Positions 1 to 14,072 of a stretch of DNA of 64,000 bases are shown piece after piece. Position numbers and translations under genes: made by a program. The notes under the pieces are model-generated. The model had not been told where the DNA came from, ran no database searches, and saw only the letters and a program-made list of their open reading frames with translations. Source of the stretch: Eledone cirrhosa. Its lineage: Eukaryota. Numbering within the stretch: position 1 is the first letter of the stretch; each line of letters opens with the position of its first letter. The stretch spans positions 177,134,001 through 177,198,000 of the forward strand of contig OZ024743.1 in NCBI GenBank assembly GCA_964016885.1. The letters run 5' to 3'.

Positions 1-1269
1 AAATATACTCGAAATTAAGAGAAAGAGATAACATACATACATACTTACATACATACATATATATCCAATCTAACCGAATCCAGGGATTTCTCTCTCCTGT
101 CAGAGAAACCCCTTTTCGTTTGGTTTTGGTTATGTCTTCACGGGTGTAGCTGTACTCATCACGCTTCGACAATTGTGTGTTGGTGAGGCTATTTAAGCCA
201 TACCGAAGGAAAAATACATTCCTTAGGAACCTTGTGCTGAAATCTATTTTACCCACACAGATTACCGGACAAAGCAACTAGGAAAACGTAAGTTAATTAG
301 TGGAGATGAGCGGTGTTCATGACGTCTGAAGGTTCTTCCAGATTACTGAAATTGATCCAATAGATGTCAAAGTAAGCCAATGTTTGTAGGAAAACATGGG
401 TAGAAGAGAACCACTCAAGTAGTCCTTCAAATGACGACATGGAGATATTAAACCTGCTCCGGTGTGAAGTCTACTACCCAGCTAGGTGTGTTAAAATTAT
501 ACAATGGTGTATACTATTTACAAAAAAAAAAAAATACCATAACACTAATAGTTTTTTTATCGTTATATCGTAGGCTTCCTCTTTGTACCAGTCTCCGTTA
601 AGATCTCTGCTGTCATTGGTTCCCGCACTGCTGATTTCCTCTGTAAAATCACTGGGACAGCAACCTGCTTGAGGTGGAGCCCCCGTGAGATGGGGTGGCT
701 GCTGCAGTGGGTATATCTGTCCATTCCCCACAATAATACCTGTGCAATTTTGTCGGCGGGTCTCCGCAGAAACACCGCCCTGAACGAGGCGTGTCTGCTC
801 CTTTCTCTCTTTTGTTCCTTAATTCTTTTTTTTTCTTTTCATTTCCTTTTTATCTTGTTTTGTTCTTTTTTATAGTGTGTTTTATTTTTGTATAAACAAC
901 TTTGTAATATTTACGTTTTTATAGCACAAATTAGATAAAATATTTAACGATGGTAATAAAAGAAAATGTGGAAATGTTTTAAAATAAAAGTTGTCGTTGT
1001 AGGACCCCCCCCCCTCCCCACCCACAATCGTCGCAGGCCCCCTCATGTCGTCGTAGACCCCCTCACAGTCATCGTAGGCCCCCTTACAATCGTTGCCAGA
1101 CATGTGTGATACTACTAATTGGATGGTTAAAACTTTCACCTCACATGTCATTTGCTGTTCTAATGGTTTACAGGGAATCTAAAGATTACACAGGCTGAAG
1201 TATCAACGGGATCACCTCAAAAAGTAATGAACTTAATTTAATATTGTAATTCGATGAGATCTGTCACTA

Positions 1270-1475
1270 CACTTCTATACGTCCAGTACCAAACCCGCCT
1301 TAACATCCCCATACTTCTTTACATCCAGTACCAAACCCTCTGGAACATCCCTACACTTCTCTACGCCCGGTACTAAACCCTCCTTAACATTCCTAGACTT
1401 CTCTACGTCCGGTACTAAACCCTCCTTAACATTCCTACACTTCTCTACGTCCGGAACTAAACCCTCCTGAACATG
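1270..1475. repeat. 42-bp minisatellite, about 5 copies (14-aa repeat EGLVPDVEKCRNVK on minus strand)
   Basis: TCCTTAACAT recurs at 1381 and 1423; ORF 1275-1574(-) shows the 14-aa periodicity. Confidence 0.85.
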
Positions 1476-2254
1476 CTCCTTTAAATGGAAAGATATCAAA
1501 CGACTCTGAATCATATCATGAAGGAAATATGAAAACTTTTCTGATCCAATATTCCAGGCTACTCTTTTATCCAATGACTCGTATTTGCTGTCATAAGGAA
1601 AGCTAAGTTCGTGATATAAATTTATTTAATGACCCATATTTACTGTCATAAGGAAAGCTAAATAACCTTGTTCGTGATATAAATTCATTTAAGAGGTGGA
1701 TTGAACTTTTAGCTTCAAGATAAAACTGTTGGAATCTACAGCAACAGGATACTAAATTTTGTGTTTTCCACAGCCGCCATGATGAATTCAAATAATAGCT
1801 CTCACATAAAGGTAGGCTTGTGCTTTGTACAGATGTTAATTTTGTCATGGTGACTCTTGGTTGTGAACATAACGTAGATGTGTGGCTATTTGGAGTTTTT
1901 CAGAAGATTTATTTATAATAATATATAATTTACCAGTTTCAAGGGTTTCGTGATTTTTCAAAGTCAAGAAAGATAGGGAAGTGTGGCTATAGCGACAAAA
2001 TGTGTGGCTATTATCTTTTTATCCTCACCAACCATGTATGTATTATCGACTTCGTTTGTCACTGTCCACCTGTAGCTGCGAATGAGCATGTAAACAAAAT
2101 TATATTTACGATTTGCTTCTTATTGTGGAGACAGGCATATTCTCTTCTTTCTTCAATTGATTTTAATTCAGTCACAGGGATTCTTGGTCATGCATATAAA
2201 TAGATGAGTGACTATTGGTCTTTGATTCCTCAAAGGTCAGCTTCAAAGAAACCC

Positions 2255-3308
2255 TTCTTCAGAATAAAGCTAGTTGTAGTTCCTGTCTGTTTGTTTGTTT
2301 GTTCACGAACTCCTCCTATGGTTTTGGAGATAGACCCCCATTACCATATATATTCTGAAACTAAATTGCCCAGGGTACATGGATAAGTATATTTCATTTT
2401 AATCAAAGGGTTCCTCGAGGGGGTTCCCAGAGGGCCCAAATCCCCGCTGAAAATTGTTTCCTTTCGATTTATATGAAAGTTAAACCATAGGTAAATGACA
2501 AGATATGATGCCTAATCACAAAGTTTCAGCAAATTTCAATAAAATTAGGACACCTTAATGGGGGTTAAACTCCCTATAATGAACATTTTAGCCAATAAAT
2601 GGAACAAGATGTGTTGTAACAAGATTGCATGAGAACTTGATTGAAGCAACCATTATATTCGGGGCTTACAAAGGTCAAGCTCTTCTCATTCCGAGGATTT
2701 CACTTATACGAAGTGATAGCGAGTTGCCTTTTACATTCAAGAAGCTGCAGTTCCCAGTGAGGCCATGCTTTGCCATAAGCATCGATAAGAGTCAAGGTCA
2801 AACTTTCAAAACTATTGTTATAGATCTGACAAACCCATGTTTCAGTTATGGCATGTTTTATGTGGCTTTTTCAAGGACTGGAACTTCAAAAAATCTATAC
2901 ATTTTAGCCAATCAAAGAAAGACAAAAAATGTTGTTTACCCTGAAGTTTTTCATTAGGACAAAGTATGGAATATATTTTCATGTATTTATTATGTTAAAA
3001 AATGAATAATTAAACTTTGAATTTCTAATTTGAAAATAATGCTTTACACAAAAATGAAATGATCAATTTTGAATTGATATTTTGAAAAAAGATATTTATA
3101 AGAATAAGATTTAATAATGTAATTTTCATTTGATATAATACAAAAAATAATGTTTTCCAATTTTTCATGCATTACATTTTACATTGAGTAATATTGAAAT
3201 GCAGAGATTTTCTCCATAAATTATATCACTGATTTAAAATCAATCATTTTCTTACAAAAAAACAAAAAAAAAATTCTGAAACGCAGAAAGGCGCGGGTAA
3301 TTCAGCTA

Positions 3309-3309
<1 letters not shown>
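2255..3309 (+). mobile_element. Internally deleted Helitron
   Basis: PIF1-type helicase C-terminus at 2600-2957; 3' end is a degenerate GC hairpin (ACGCAGAAAGGCGCGGG) then CTAG|T at 3306-3310; 5' end approximate (TC...AAAGCTAGTTGTAGTTCCTGTCTGTTTG). Confidence 0.8.
2600..2957 (+). pseudogene. Helitron RepHel helicase C-terminal fragment
   Basis: GTRCVV...LIPRI...QFPVRPCFAISIDKSQGQT...CFSYGMFYVAFSR...TKNVVYPEVF matches PIF1/Helitron helicase motifs V-VI. Confidence 0.92.
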
Positions 3310-3377
<68 letters not shown>

Positions 3378-4160
3378 AGAAGAAGAAGAAGAAGAAGAAG
3401 AAGAAGAAGAAGAAGAAGAAGAAGAAAAAGAAAAAGAAAAAGAAGAAGAAGAAGAAGAAGAAGAAGAAGAAGAAGAAGAAGAAGAAGAAGAAGAAGAAGA
3501 AGAAGACATATAGTTATACATTTATTAAAATAAGATGGAAAATCCAAACCTATAGTTTAAAAAGTAGTCTTGTTTTATTTTCTTCTCTACTTTGCATCAG
3601 ACATATCTTTTAGTGCTCATCAATTATCAAACAGACATACCGGGGAAGCAGTTACCTTAGTAACGCTTTTCCATGACAGAAATGTGTTACTAAAGATGTC
3701 TACTGTATCTATCAGAATATATATATCAACTCCATTATCAGTGCGCGCGCACTGGCATGCCCCCCCCCCTCCGCACGCCAACCCACACGTCCGCCCGCAC
3801 GCCCACCCGCACGCACGGACGCATGCACGCACGCACGCACGCACGTACCTACACACACACATACACCCACATGCTTACGCACGTGCTCAAGTAGAGCTCT
3901 TTTTATAAAACGGTTTTTTTCCATTTCAGGTAGACGCCTGCCATCACCCACTAAAAAACAAATCATACACAAAATGCCAGCACCAACAGTTTTGCAAGAG
4001 ATGTCAACATGAATGGACCTGTTATTTTTATCTAAAGACATTTTTTCCAATTCCATCCCGCACATCCCCTCAATCTATTTTATTTCTCATTCTTTCTTCT
4101 GGTGAAGGACTATCGTCCGAAACTTATACTGTATCGATTCTGTTGTTATTTCCGTTTACC

Positions 4161-4231
<71 letters not shown>

Positions 4232-4235
<4 letters not shown>

Positions 4236-5290
4236 GAGGTTATATTTAATTTGTTGGGATTCAACAAGCTTAAACATTTTTATAACTGATATAAAGCACT
4301 CAACAGTTTAGTGTAGTAAATACACAATATATTAATAAATGGAAACTATATTTATAAAATGATATTTATTTTATTATACATATTTCGAGGGCCACCAAGG
4401 CAAATTATGGTGCGCTTTCATCAGATAAAATACAGATTTTTTTTATAAATAAATATTGACATACCCGGAAAAAAAGACCACCTTAACGGTTGGAGCTTCC
4501 TGGATAGTAGAGATAGTACATTTATTGAGGGTGATAGAAAATTATGAGTGAGTATGGAAATGAGTGTCCGAAAGGTTGAAAAGATAACGGTTTATTTAAA
4601 TTAAACTGTTGGAAGAAGGTGATATGTGAGGGAGAGAGAAAAAAGAAAAAAAGAAGAAAGAAATGAGAAAGATAGAAGAGGAAAGAAAGAACGATTATAT
4701 ATATTTTGACAGTGAAAATAAGAGAAGAGTTTCAAAGGATAAATACAGCGTAAGTATATTTAAGTGAGAGAAGAAATGAAGAAATGAGAATAGCGTGAAA
4801 GAATAATATTTATAATGCAGGATTCATTATGTTTTGATTATAATATTTATAATGATAGGTTGAAAAATTAGATTAAAATTAAAATTAAAAAATTAGAAAT
4901 CAAAATTAAATTTACCTTAATATTAAAGATTTAATTTAATAATTTAATAATTAGTTTAAATGTGTATGTTAAGGATTATAAATTATTTAAATAAATATAT
5001 ATTATTTTACATTAGAGCAAATCTACTATAGTTTATTTTATTAAAAATTGTAAGTCAAAAATTTTAAACATCCAAATAATTCTAAATTTATGGAAAATTT
5101 TCGAGAGTTTACACTTAGTTATATTATAAAAACAGTAAGGAAGCGTAAAGGAAGTTATAAGTGGTTTTTAAGAACTCAGATGACTCTAGGGATTAAATGC
5201 TATAAAGTTAAGAAGTTAAACATTTTTTTATCTTAAGAATATAATTAAAACATGAACCATATGTTATTTTATACGAAGTCATAAATTTAC
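4232..5290 (-). mobile_element. Penelope-like 3' remnant (family A pLTR plus AT-rich 3' UTR)
   Basis: 4232-4465 is similar to the reverse complement of 12240-12490, the terminal repeat of the Penelope element at 9730-12490; abuts (TA)n. Confidence 0.65.
4367..4432 (-). ncRNA. Minimal type I hammerhead ribozyme (family A)
   Basis: Minus strand: TATTTTAT-CTGATGA-aagcgCACCA..TGGTGgccctc-GAAA-tatgta-TA-ATAAAATA; stem II partly decayed. Confidence 0.75.
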
Positions 5291-5424
5291 TTGCTACACA
5301 CACACATATACTGATTATGGAGTTGATTTAATTATTTTAGTTATTTTAACTCTCTCGGTCATCGAGCAACACTTGTTAAGGCGGACACCACACACACACA
5401 TATACATATGAATATGTGTGTGCA

Positions 5425-5612
5425 TTGGATTGGCAGTATCGGTACAGGGTCGGACGCCATGCTTTGACGTATAGAGTTATGGCCCTTGCCATTCTGAGTT
5501 CAAATCCCGCCAAGGTTAACTTTGCCTTTCATCCTTACGGGGTCGATAAAATAAAGTACCAGTAATACACTGGGATAATTGCTGGCCTTGTGCGAAAAGT
5601 AGAAACAATTAT
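5425..5612 (+). mobile_element. tRNA-derived SINE (octopus-type)
   Basis: A-box-like TGGCAGTATCGG, B-box GAGTTCAAATCCC, conserved TTTGCCTTTCATCCTTACGGGGTCGATAAAATAAAGTACCAG; many copies in window. Confidence 0.85.
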
Positions 5613-5761
5613 TATATTGTCCACGAGTGTATTAATTGCTTTTTCTAGCAAATACGTTATTCATTCACTGATCACTGTATCATGTGTTAATCTCTCCCTC
5701 CGCCTCTGAGACATTCTCACTTGCTTTAAACGCGTCACGAAACAGTCCATTTTTCTGAGGG

Positions 5762-5854
5762 GTCTCTTGATGAGCCGTATCAACCTCACAGCGATGATGC
5801 ACTTTTAAAGCACAGAAATTAGTGCATACGGATCGGCGAAACTGCAGTCGGGAC
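5762..5854 (+). ncRNA. Hammerhead ribozyme with long stem II insertion (C3U variant)
   Basis: GTCTC-TTGATGA-GCCG...CGGC-GAAA-CTGCAG-TC-GGGAC; palindromic stem III ACTGCAGT, GUC site. Confidence 0.7.
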
Positions 5855-5908
5855 TTTGAAGAAAATATAAGAATATTTTTGTCTATTATTTCCTCATATT
5901 TTGTAATT

Positions 5909-7616
<1,708 letters not shown>

Positions 7617-7739
7617 TAAATCTACCAAGAGTTTACGGTAGTGTCCAATCCGTATGAAGAACTCAATGTAATCAGGATATCATGGAAAGAAGAGATGCAT
7701 TCAAAAATCACTTTCGGTGAAAGATAAACGGAATACAGA

Positions 7740-8159
7740 GTCAAGATAAAGTATTAAAAAAATAATGAATAAAACAATGAAACAGTTCCTTATATTAAAC
7801 AAAAAAAGTTCATTATTTAACGATCGTTTCTAGGACATATATGTGTTAGAATTGGCATGCATATTCAACAGATCTATGTACAAAATTATACAAAATTATA
7901 CAAACTATCAAATCTAATATACATACCAACACATACATATGCCGCGGCATATGTATGTGTTGGTATGTATATTAGATTTGATAGTTTGTATAATTTTGTA
8001 TAATTTTGTATAATTTTGTACATAGATCTGTTGAATATGCATGCCAATTCTAACACATATATGTCCTAGAAACGATCGTTAAATAATGAACTTTTTTTGT
8101 TTAATATAAGGAACTGTTTCATTGTTTTATTCATTATTTTTTTAATACTTTATCTTGAT
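7740..8159. repeat. Fold-back palindrome (~205-bp arms, no loop) with a degenerate HHR on each arm
   Basis: Centre GCCGCGGC at 7941-7948; arms differ by one 11-mer copy; CTGTTGA...GAAACGATCGTT at 8028-8080 and its mirror image. Confidence 0.9.
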
Positions 8160-8227
8160 TATATGTATATATATATATATTATTCAAAATGTTAATAAAT
8201 GAAAAATATTCTCATAATCAAAATATA

Positions 8228-8290
8228 TATTTTATTATACATATTTCAAAGTTACAATGGTTTTTAAGTACGTTTTCATCAGACAAAATA
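8228..8290 (-). ncRNA. Hammerhead ribozyme (family A)
   Basis: Mirror copy of 8406-8468. Confidence 0.7.
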
Positions 8291-8405
8291 TGAGATTTGA
8301 TATGTGACATACCGCTACGGTTTTGATTATTCAATTCCAGTATTGACTGCCAATACTGGAATTGAATAATCAAAACCGTAGCGGTATGTCGCATATCAAT
8401 TCTTA

Positions 8406-8468
8406 TATTTTGTCTGATGAAAACGTACTTAAAAACCATTGTAACTTTGAAATATGTATAATAAAATA
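8406..8468 (+). ncRNA. Hammerhead ribozyme (family A)
   Basis: TATTTTGT-CTGATGA-aaacgtac..gtaacttt-GAAA-tatgta-TA-ATAAAATA. Confidence 0.7.
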
Positions 8469-8609
8469 TATATTTTGATTATGAGAATATTTTTCATTTA
8501 TTAACATTTTGAATAATATTAAATACTCCAGGAAAAAATCTTGTCGAGTGCTTCTAATCTATTGTAAAATTGTATTCGTTGATTACTTAATGAACCATAT
8601 TAATCTTTG

Positions 8610-8659
<50 letters not shown>

Positions 8660-8685
8660 TGTAATAAACAACATAAGGCAATTAT

Positions 8686-8743
8686 TCCATTTACCAGTGG
8701 TTTCTTAAAAGCAAAAGATTTTGCTTTCAATCCTCAGAATGAA
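8686..8743 (-). ncRNA. Hammerhead ribozyme (family E)
   Basis: Minus strand: TTCATT-CTGAGGA-TTGAAAGCAAAA tc TTTTGCTTTTAA-GAAA-CCACTGG-TA-AATGGA. Confidence 0.85.
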
Positions 8744-8898
8744 AAAATCCTGGTCTGTTTATTGAATTTGGATTTTAAAAACAAAAATGCAATCTATATG
8801 AATGTGAGGCTGGAGAAGGAAGAAAGAAAGGAAAAATAAAATAAAACTACACATGCAAACACACTCACACACAAAAGCATACACACACACACACACAC

Positions 8899-8968
<70 letters not shown>

Positions 8969-9063
8969 AGCTTATATTATGTATACTCCAGTCCTACAAA
9001 CTGCAGAGTGCTTCTTATCCGATATCTGCATTGCTTTATTGTACTACAATAAAACTCACCTCC

Positions 9064-9101
<38 letters not shown>

Positions 9102-9103
<2 letters not shown>

Positions 9104-9500
9104 ATTAAATAAATGGAAACTATATTTATAAAACCATATTTATTTCATTATATATATTTCAGGGATATCATATTAAACATATGTTATGCCTTCTTCAGAC
9201 AAAATACAATATAAACAGTCTTATAAATAGATAGATTCGACATACCTTTCAACTTCGACTTCTATTTGAAAAGTTGATAGATCAACTTTTCAAATAGAAG
9301 TCGAAGTTGAAAGGTATGTCGAATCTATCTATTTATAAGACTGTTTATATCGTATTTTGTCTGAAGAAGGCATAACATATTTTTAATATAGTTTCCATTT
9401 ATTTAATATCGTAAATATACTCCAAATACTTGTTGAGTGCTTTTATATCAGTTATAAATATTTACTCGTTGTTAACCCAACAATTTAAATAAAACTTTGC
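9102..9500. repeat. Fold-back of family A pLTR (2-nt loop at 9279-9280), right arm internally deleted
   Basis: AAAAGTTGAT-ag-ATCAACTTTT centre; sequence matches 9530-9708 and 12220-12490. Confidence 0.85.
9141..9206 (-). ncRNA. Hammerhead ribozyme (family A)
   Basis: Minus strand: TATTTTGT-CTGAAGA-AGG..CATAT/ATATG..CCT-GAAA-tatata-TA-ATGAAATA. Confidence 0.7.
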
Positions 9501-9599
9501 ATATATATATATATATATATATATCAAATCACCTTTTCAAATGCAAGTCGATGCTGAAAGGTATGTCAAATCTATCTATTTATAAGACTGTTTATATTG

Positions 9600-9665
9600 T
9601 ATTTTGTCTGAAGAAGGCATAACATATTTTTAATATGATATCCCTGAAATATATATAATGAAATA
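9600..9665 (+). ncRNA. Hammerhead ribozyme (family A)
   Basis: Same motif as 12290-12355. Confidence 0.7.
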
Positions 9666-9730
9666 AATATGGTTTTATAAATATAATTTCCATTTATTTA
9701 ATATCGTATATATATATATATATATATATA

Positions 9731-10985
9731 TCCGACTCGGCTCAGGTAACTGACCTTGTGGGCTTATTTTTAATCAATTCGCTGCATAGGAAAATACCTG
9801 GTACTACCGGAGGTTTATATAGAGATGACATGCTTTTACTTATTGATAATAATAACTCTGAACTAAATAGAAAAAGAAAACAAATTACACAATTTTTTAA
9901 TCACTTTAATCTAAAAATAGAAATTGAGAATAACCATAGAATAGTCAACTTCCTAGATATAACATTAAATCTCAACACATGTCTTCACTATCCATTTCAC
10001 AAGTTGAATGAAAATTTAAACTATGTCAGCTTTAACTCTAACCACCCCAGATCTGTTAAAAATACTATAGTAAACTCTGTTCAAAAACGTATCTCTAGAA
10101 TCTCATCTAATAAAAAGATTTTCGACGAAAAAGCCCATTATTACAATGAAGCGTTAGCTAGAGCAGGATATAGTGATAAAATTATGTACATAGATAATGA
10201 TAAACAAATTAAACAAAATAACAACTATTTTAATTACGGCCACAACCTTAACAACTATAATAGAAAGCATTACAATAATTCCAAAAGCCATACAAGAAAT
10301 AGAACTAGGAATATAATATGGTTTGACCCCCCCCCCCCCTTTCTCACTAAACATTAAAACCCACATCGCTAAACTATTTTTTAAAGCTCTTGATAATCGC
10401 TTCCCTAGAGCACATAGATATCATTCAATTTTCAATAGACATACTATAAAATTAACCTACTCATCCACCAAAAATTTAGCACAAAATATTAATAGAATAA
10501 ATAATAGGAACTTAAAACCTAGCGATAATAGCATAAATAATATCCAAGTGAACAAATGTAACTGTAGAGATAGATCTAAATGTCCGTTAAATAACAACTG
10601 CTTAGTTAAAAATATAATATACAACTGTAATGTTAAAACGGACGTTAATTCTTTTAACTACGTTGGTTCCACATCGACGGAATTTAAACTTCGCTATAAC
10701 AACCACAAGAATTCTTTCACAGATCCATCCAAAAAATCTTCAACAGCACTATCAGGCGTACTCTGGCAACTTAGGCATGATAACGTTAGATATTCGACGA
10801 CTTGGAATATAGTTTCAAGAGGGATTCCTTTTAATTCATCCTCTGAGACATGTGACCTCTGTGCGGAGGAGATATTCTTTATACTAAAATCTAAAAATTC
10901 CCTTAATCTACGGACAAATTTATTCAGTTGCTGCAGACATAGATTGAACTCAACGTTTAAATATAAATTTAAATTTAAAATGTAG
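9731..10985 (+). pseudogene. Penelope-like RT C-half, thumb and GIY-YIG endonuclease; frameshift in poly-C at ~10330
   Basis: GLYRDD, NFLDITL, SNHP, RNIIWFDPPFS, CNCR..CPL...C, NIIY...YVGST...FKLRYNNH, CDLCAEE. Confidence 0.92.
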
Positions 10986-12289
10986 TTATGTTTGATTTGA
11001 TTTCTAATTATTTATGAAACTAGCCGATAAATCTTTCGATTTCTTCTTTTTATTAAAACATTCTTTTTATTAAAACATTCTTTTTATTAAAACATTTTTC
11101 ATGAATAATTAAACTACCCTAAAAGCTGATGCTCCAAATATATCGAATTAAATTTTACACTAGATAAACTTCTATATTAAATATAAGAACATATGTAGAC
11201 CAAATGGGTATCCTAAACTTTTGGAATGATTTCTGCTAGACAGGATTTGGTAAATAATTTTTGTTTTATCTGTTTCGACTCTGATGCTTATGATGAACTT
11301 GGCAATATATTGTCAATTAAATTTGAAAGGCTGATCTTTGTGGCCGATTTGCGTGGCATACTATGTTTTATCTTTATTATTTTTTAATATTTTGTAATAT
11401 TTTTATTTTTAATATTAAATGTTTTAGTTTTCTGTTTATTTATTTATGTTCTTGTCCCTGATATTTATTTTTTAATTTTTATTTTTATTTTATTTTTCTT
11501 ATTAATATATTGAAATCTGTTCTCTATTTCTGCTTGATCGACAATCATGTAGAGTAAAGACAAGAATAGTATTGTTAAAATTAATATAGACTCTATATAT
11601 ATGTGTATATATACACACATATATGTATACTTGAATTTTTATAGCACAATGAGAATGTTTTCGTGTGAATTGGGAGTTTGTTTATAATTATGATATAAAC
11701 ATATGAATTTTTAAAAACTAGACATAAGATCATTACTTTTCACACATTATAGATACATGTCTCATTCATGAATACTGATATTTACATTATAGTGCCTGTT
11801 TTATACGAACTAATATTTTCTACATGGGTGAAACATAGGGTTTTTAAATTCTGCCTCGTTTATGTCTGGTTATTTTTCATTTTCTCTTTTTTCTCTCTAT
11901 ATAACGGCTATTTTCTCTCTTAACAACATACATCTCTCTTTACATTAATACTAGAGCAAAATAAATAAATAAATAAATAAATGTATCAACTGATACTCAA
12001 CTACCTAGTTTCTCTATCTATCTCTATCTATCTCTTTCTTTTTTCCTCTCTCTATATATCTCTCTCTGTTTCTTTACATTAAGTTCTTCTCTTTATCTAT
12101 CTTTCTATATCTCTCTATATTTAGTCACATGCATTTCTTCTTTTTCTTCGTTTTTCTTTCTTTCTTTCTTTCTTTCTCTCTTTCTTTTTACAACTGTCCA
12201 CAATATTTTTTACTGCCAAATCAACTTCACAAATGCAAGTCGATTGAAAGGTATGTCGTATCTATTTATTTATAAGACTGTTTATATTG

Positions 12290-12355
12290 TATTTTGTCTG
12301 AAGAAGGCATAACATATTGTTAATGTGATATCCCTGAAATATATATAATGAAATA
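12290..12355 (+). ncRNA. Hammerhead ribozyme in the 3' pLTR of the Penelope element (family A)
   Basis: TATTTTGT-CTGAAGA-stem II-GAAA-TATATA-TA-ATGAAATA, in sense orientation downstream of the ORF. Confidence 0.75.
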
Positions 12356-12743
12356 AATATGGTTTTATAAATATAGTTTCCATTTATTTAATATCATAAA
12401 TATACTCCAAATACTTGTTGAGTGCTTTTATATCAGTTATAAATATTTACTCGTTGTTAACCCAACAATTTAAATATAATTTTCCATATATATATATATA
12501 TATATATACATATATATATTCATATACATACACTCATACATACACACACACACATATATACACACATAATTGTGTATATAAATACACACATACACATACA
12601 TATACACATATATACATACGCACATAAATATCAACACATCCATACATACACATACATATATACAACCACACACACATATATACACGCATACACACATACA
12701 TACACATAGAAACATAAATATAAATACATATACATACACACAT

Positions 12744-12793
<50 letters not shown>

Positions 12794-13187
12794 ATATATG
12801 TACAAGCATACACATACACATACACAAACATAGCCATACACACATACATATACATACATACTTACATGTACACAATCATACATATATACACACGTATATA
12901 CATACACATACATAAATGCACTCCTCTACATATTCACACACGCAAATAAATATAAGAAAAAAAAAATATATATATATAAAAAAAAAAATTTTGACAGCGA
13001 TACAAACGGCGGGTAACTGGACAGACACGCGTGGCAAGTAATACACACAAATGCACGTGTACATACGTACGAAATAGTAAATACATACACACACTCTCAC
13101 ACATAAATATACATATACAAATACATAAACACATACATACACATACACAAATACATGCACAAACACGCACACGCACACGTATACAAT

Positions 13188-13239
<52 letters not shown>

Positions 13240-13385
13240 TATGTAATTATATACACATACATATATATATATATATACATAAATATAAATATGTATACAT
13301 ACACACACACATATACATACATAACTATACAATTATACACATACAAATACGTCCATATCATAAACACGCACAACCAAATACAAAC

Positions 13386-13425
<40 letters not shown>

Positions 13426-13584
13426 ATACACATACATACACATATACATGCGTGTGTGTGTAAAACTCAGTCTTAGATAATTCAAATGAACCTTACATAT
13501 ACATATACATAGTAGTAAAGTAATAAAGTAATAAGCAACATAAGGCAATTATTCCATTCACCAGTGGTTTCTTAAAAGCAAAAA

Positions 13585-13984
13585 AACTTTTCCTGCGACT
13601 TCACAGAACTTATGTTTACCGAATTCGCAGACCAGACCCCTTCTTCCTCCCGTTAGACCTGTGCGAAATTCCTTCCTTGCTCACATTTCAACCAGGTTTG
13701 ATGGTCTTTTGTCTCTCGTTCACGATTTCACCGAGTTTATATTCATAGAAATCTGGGACTTGTCTCTTTCTTCTCACTTTCCGTTGCTTAAACCATTTTG
13801 TTTGTTCACCCTAGCGTCCCCTTTATTTACGTGTCCCAACGACTTTTTTTAGCCGTTGTTCGCACCAACCTGAGGTATATGGCCTTTAAAGTGATGAAAT
13901 GCCTAGGACGGTTGGAAGGCCACTGATGAAGGACTTACTTTTTCATATGTAACCCATTTGCAACGCCGCAGCTCCATTATTATC

Positions 13985-13985
<1 letters not shown>
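13585..13985. repeat. Copy of ~600-bp TA-flanked repeat family F
   Basis: Matches the reverse complement of 60421-60830 and matches 61480-61680 directly. Confidence 0.85.

Positions 13986-14072
<87 letters not shown>

Larger units (their letters stand above)
8178..8520. repeat. Fold-back palindrome (~170-bp arms, 5-nt loop) of a family A pLTR
   Basis: CCAGTATTG-actgc-CAATACTGG centred at 8346-8350; flanked by (TA)n. Confidence 0.92.
9730..12490 (+). mobile_element. 5'-truncated Penelope-like element: ORF remnant, long 3' UTR and HHR-bearing pLTR
   Basis: RT/GIY-YIG ORF remnant; terminal 270 bp repeated upstream in both orientations; both ends in (TA)n. Confidence 0.88.

Noticed and set aside
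5425-5515. tRNA gene
   Set aside because: A/B boxes present but no cloverleaf, and it continues into a multi-copy SINE body
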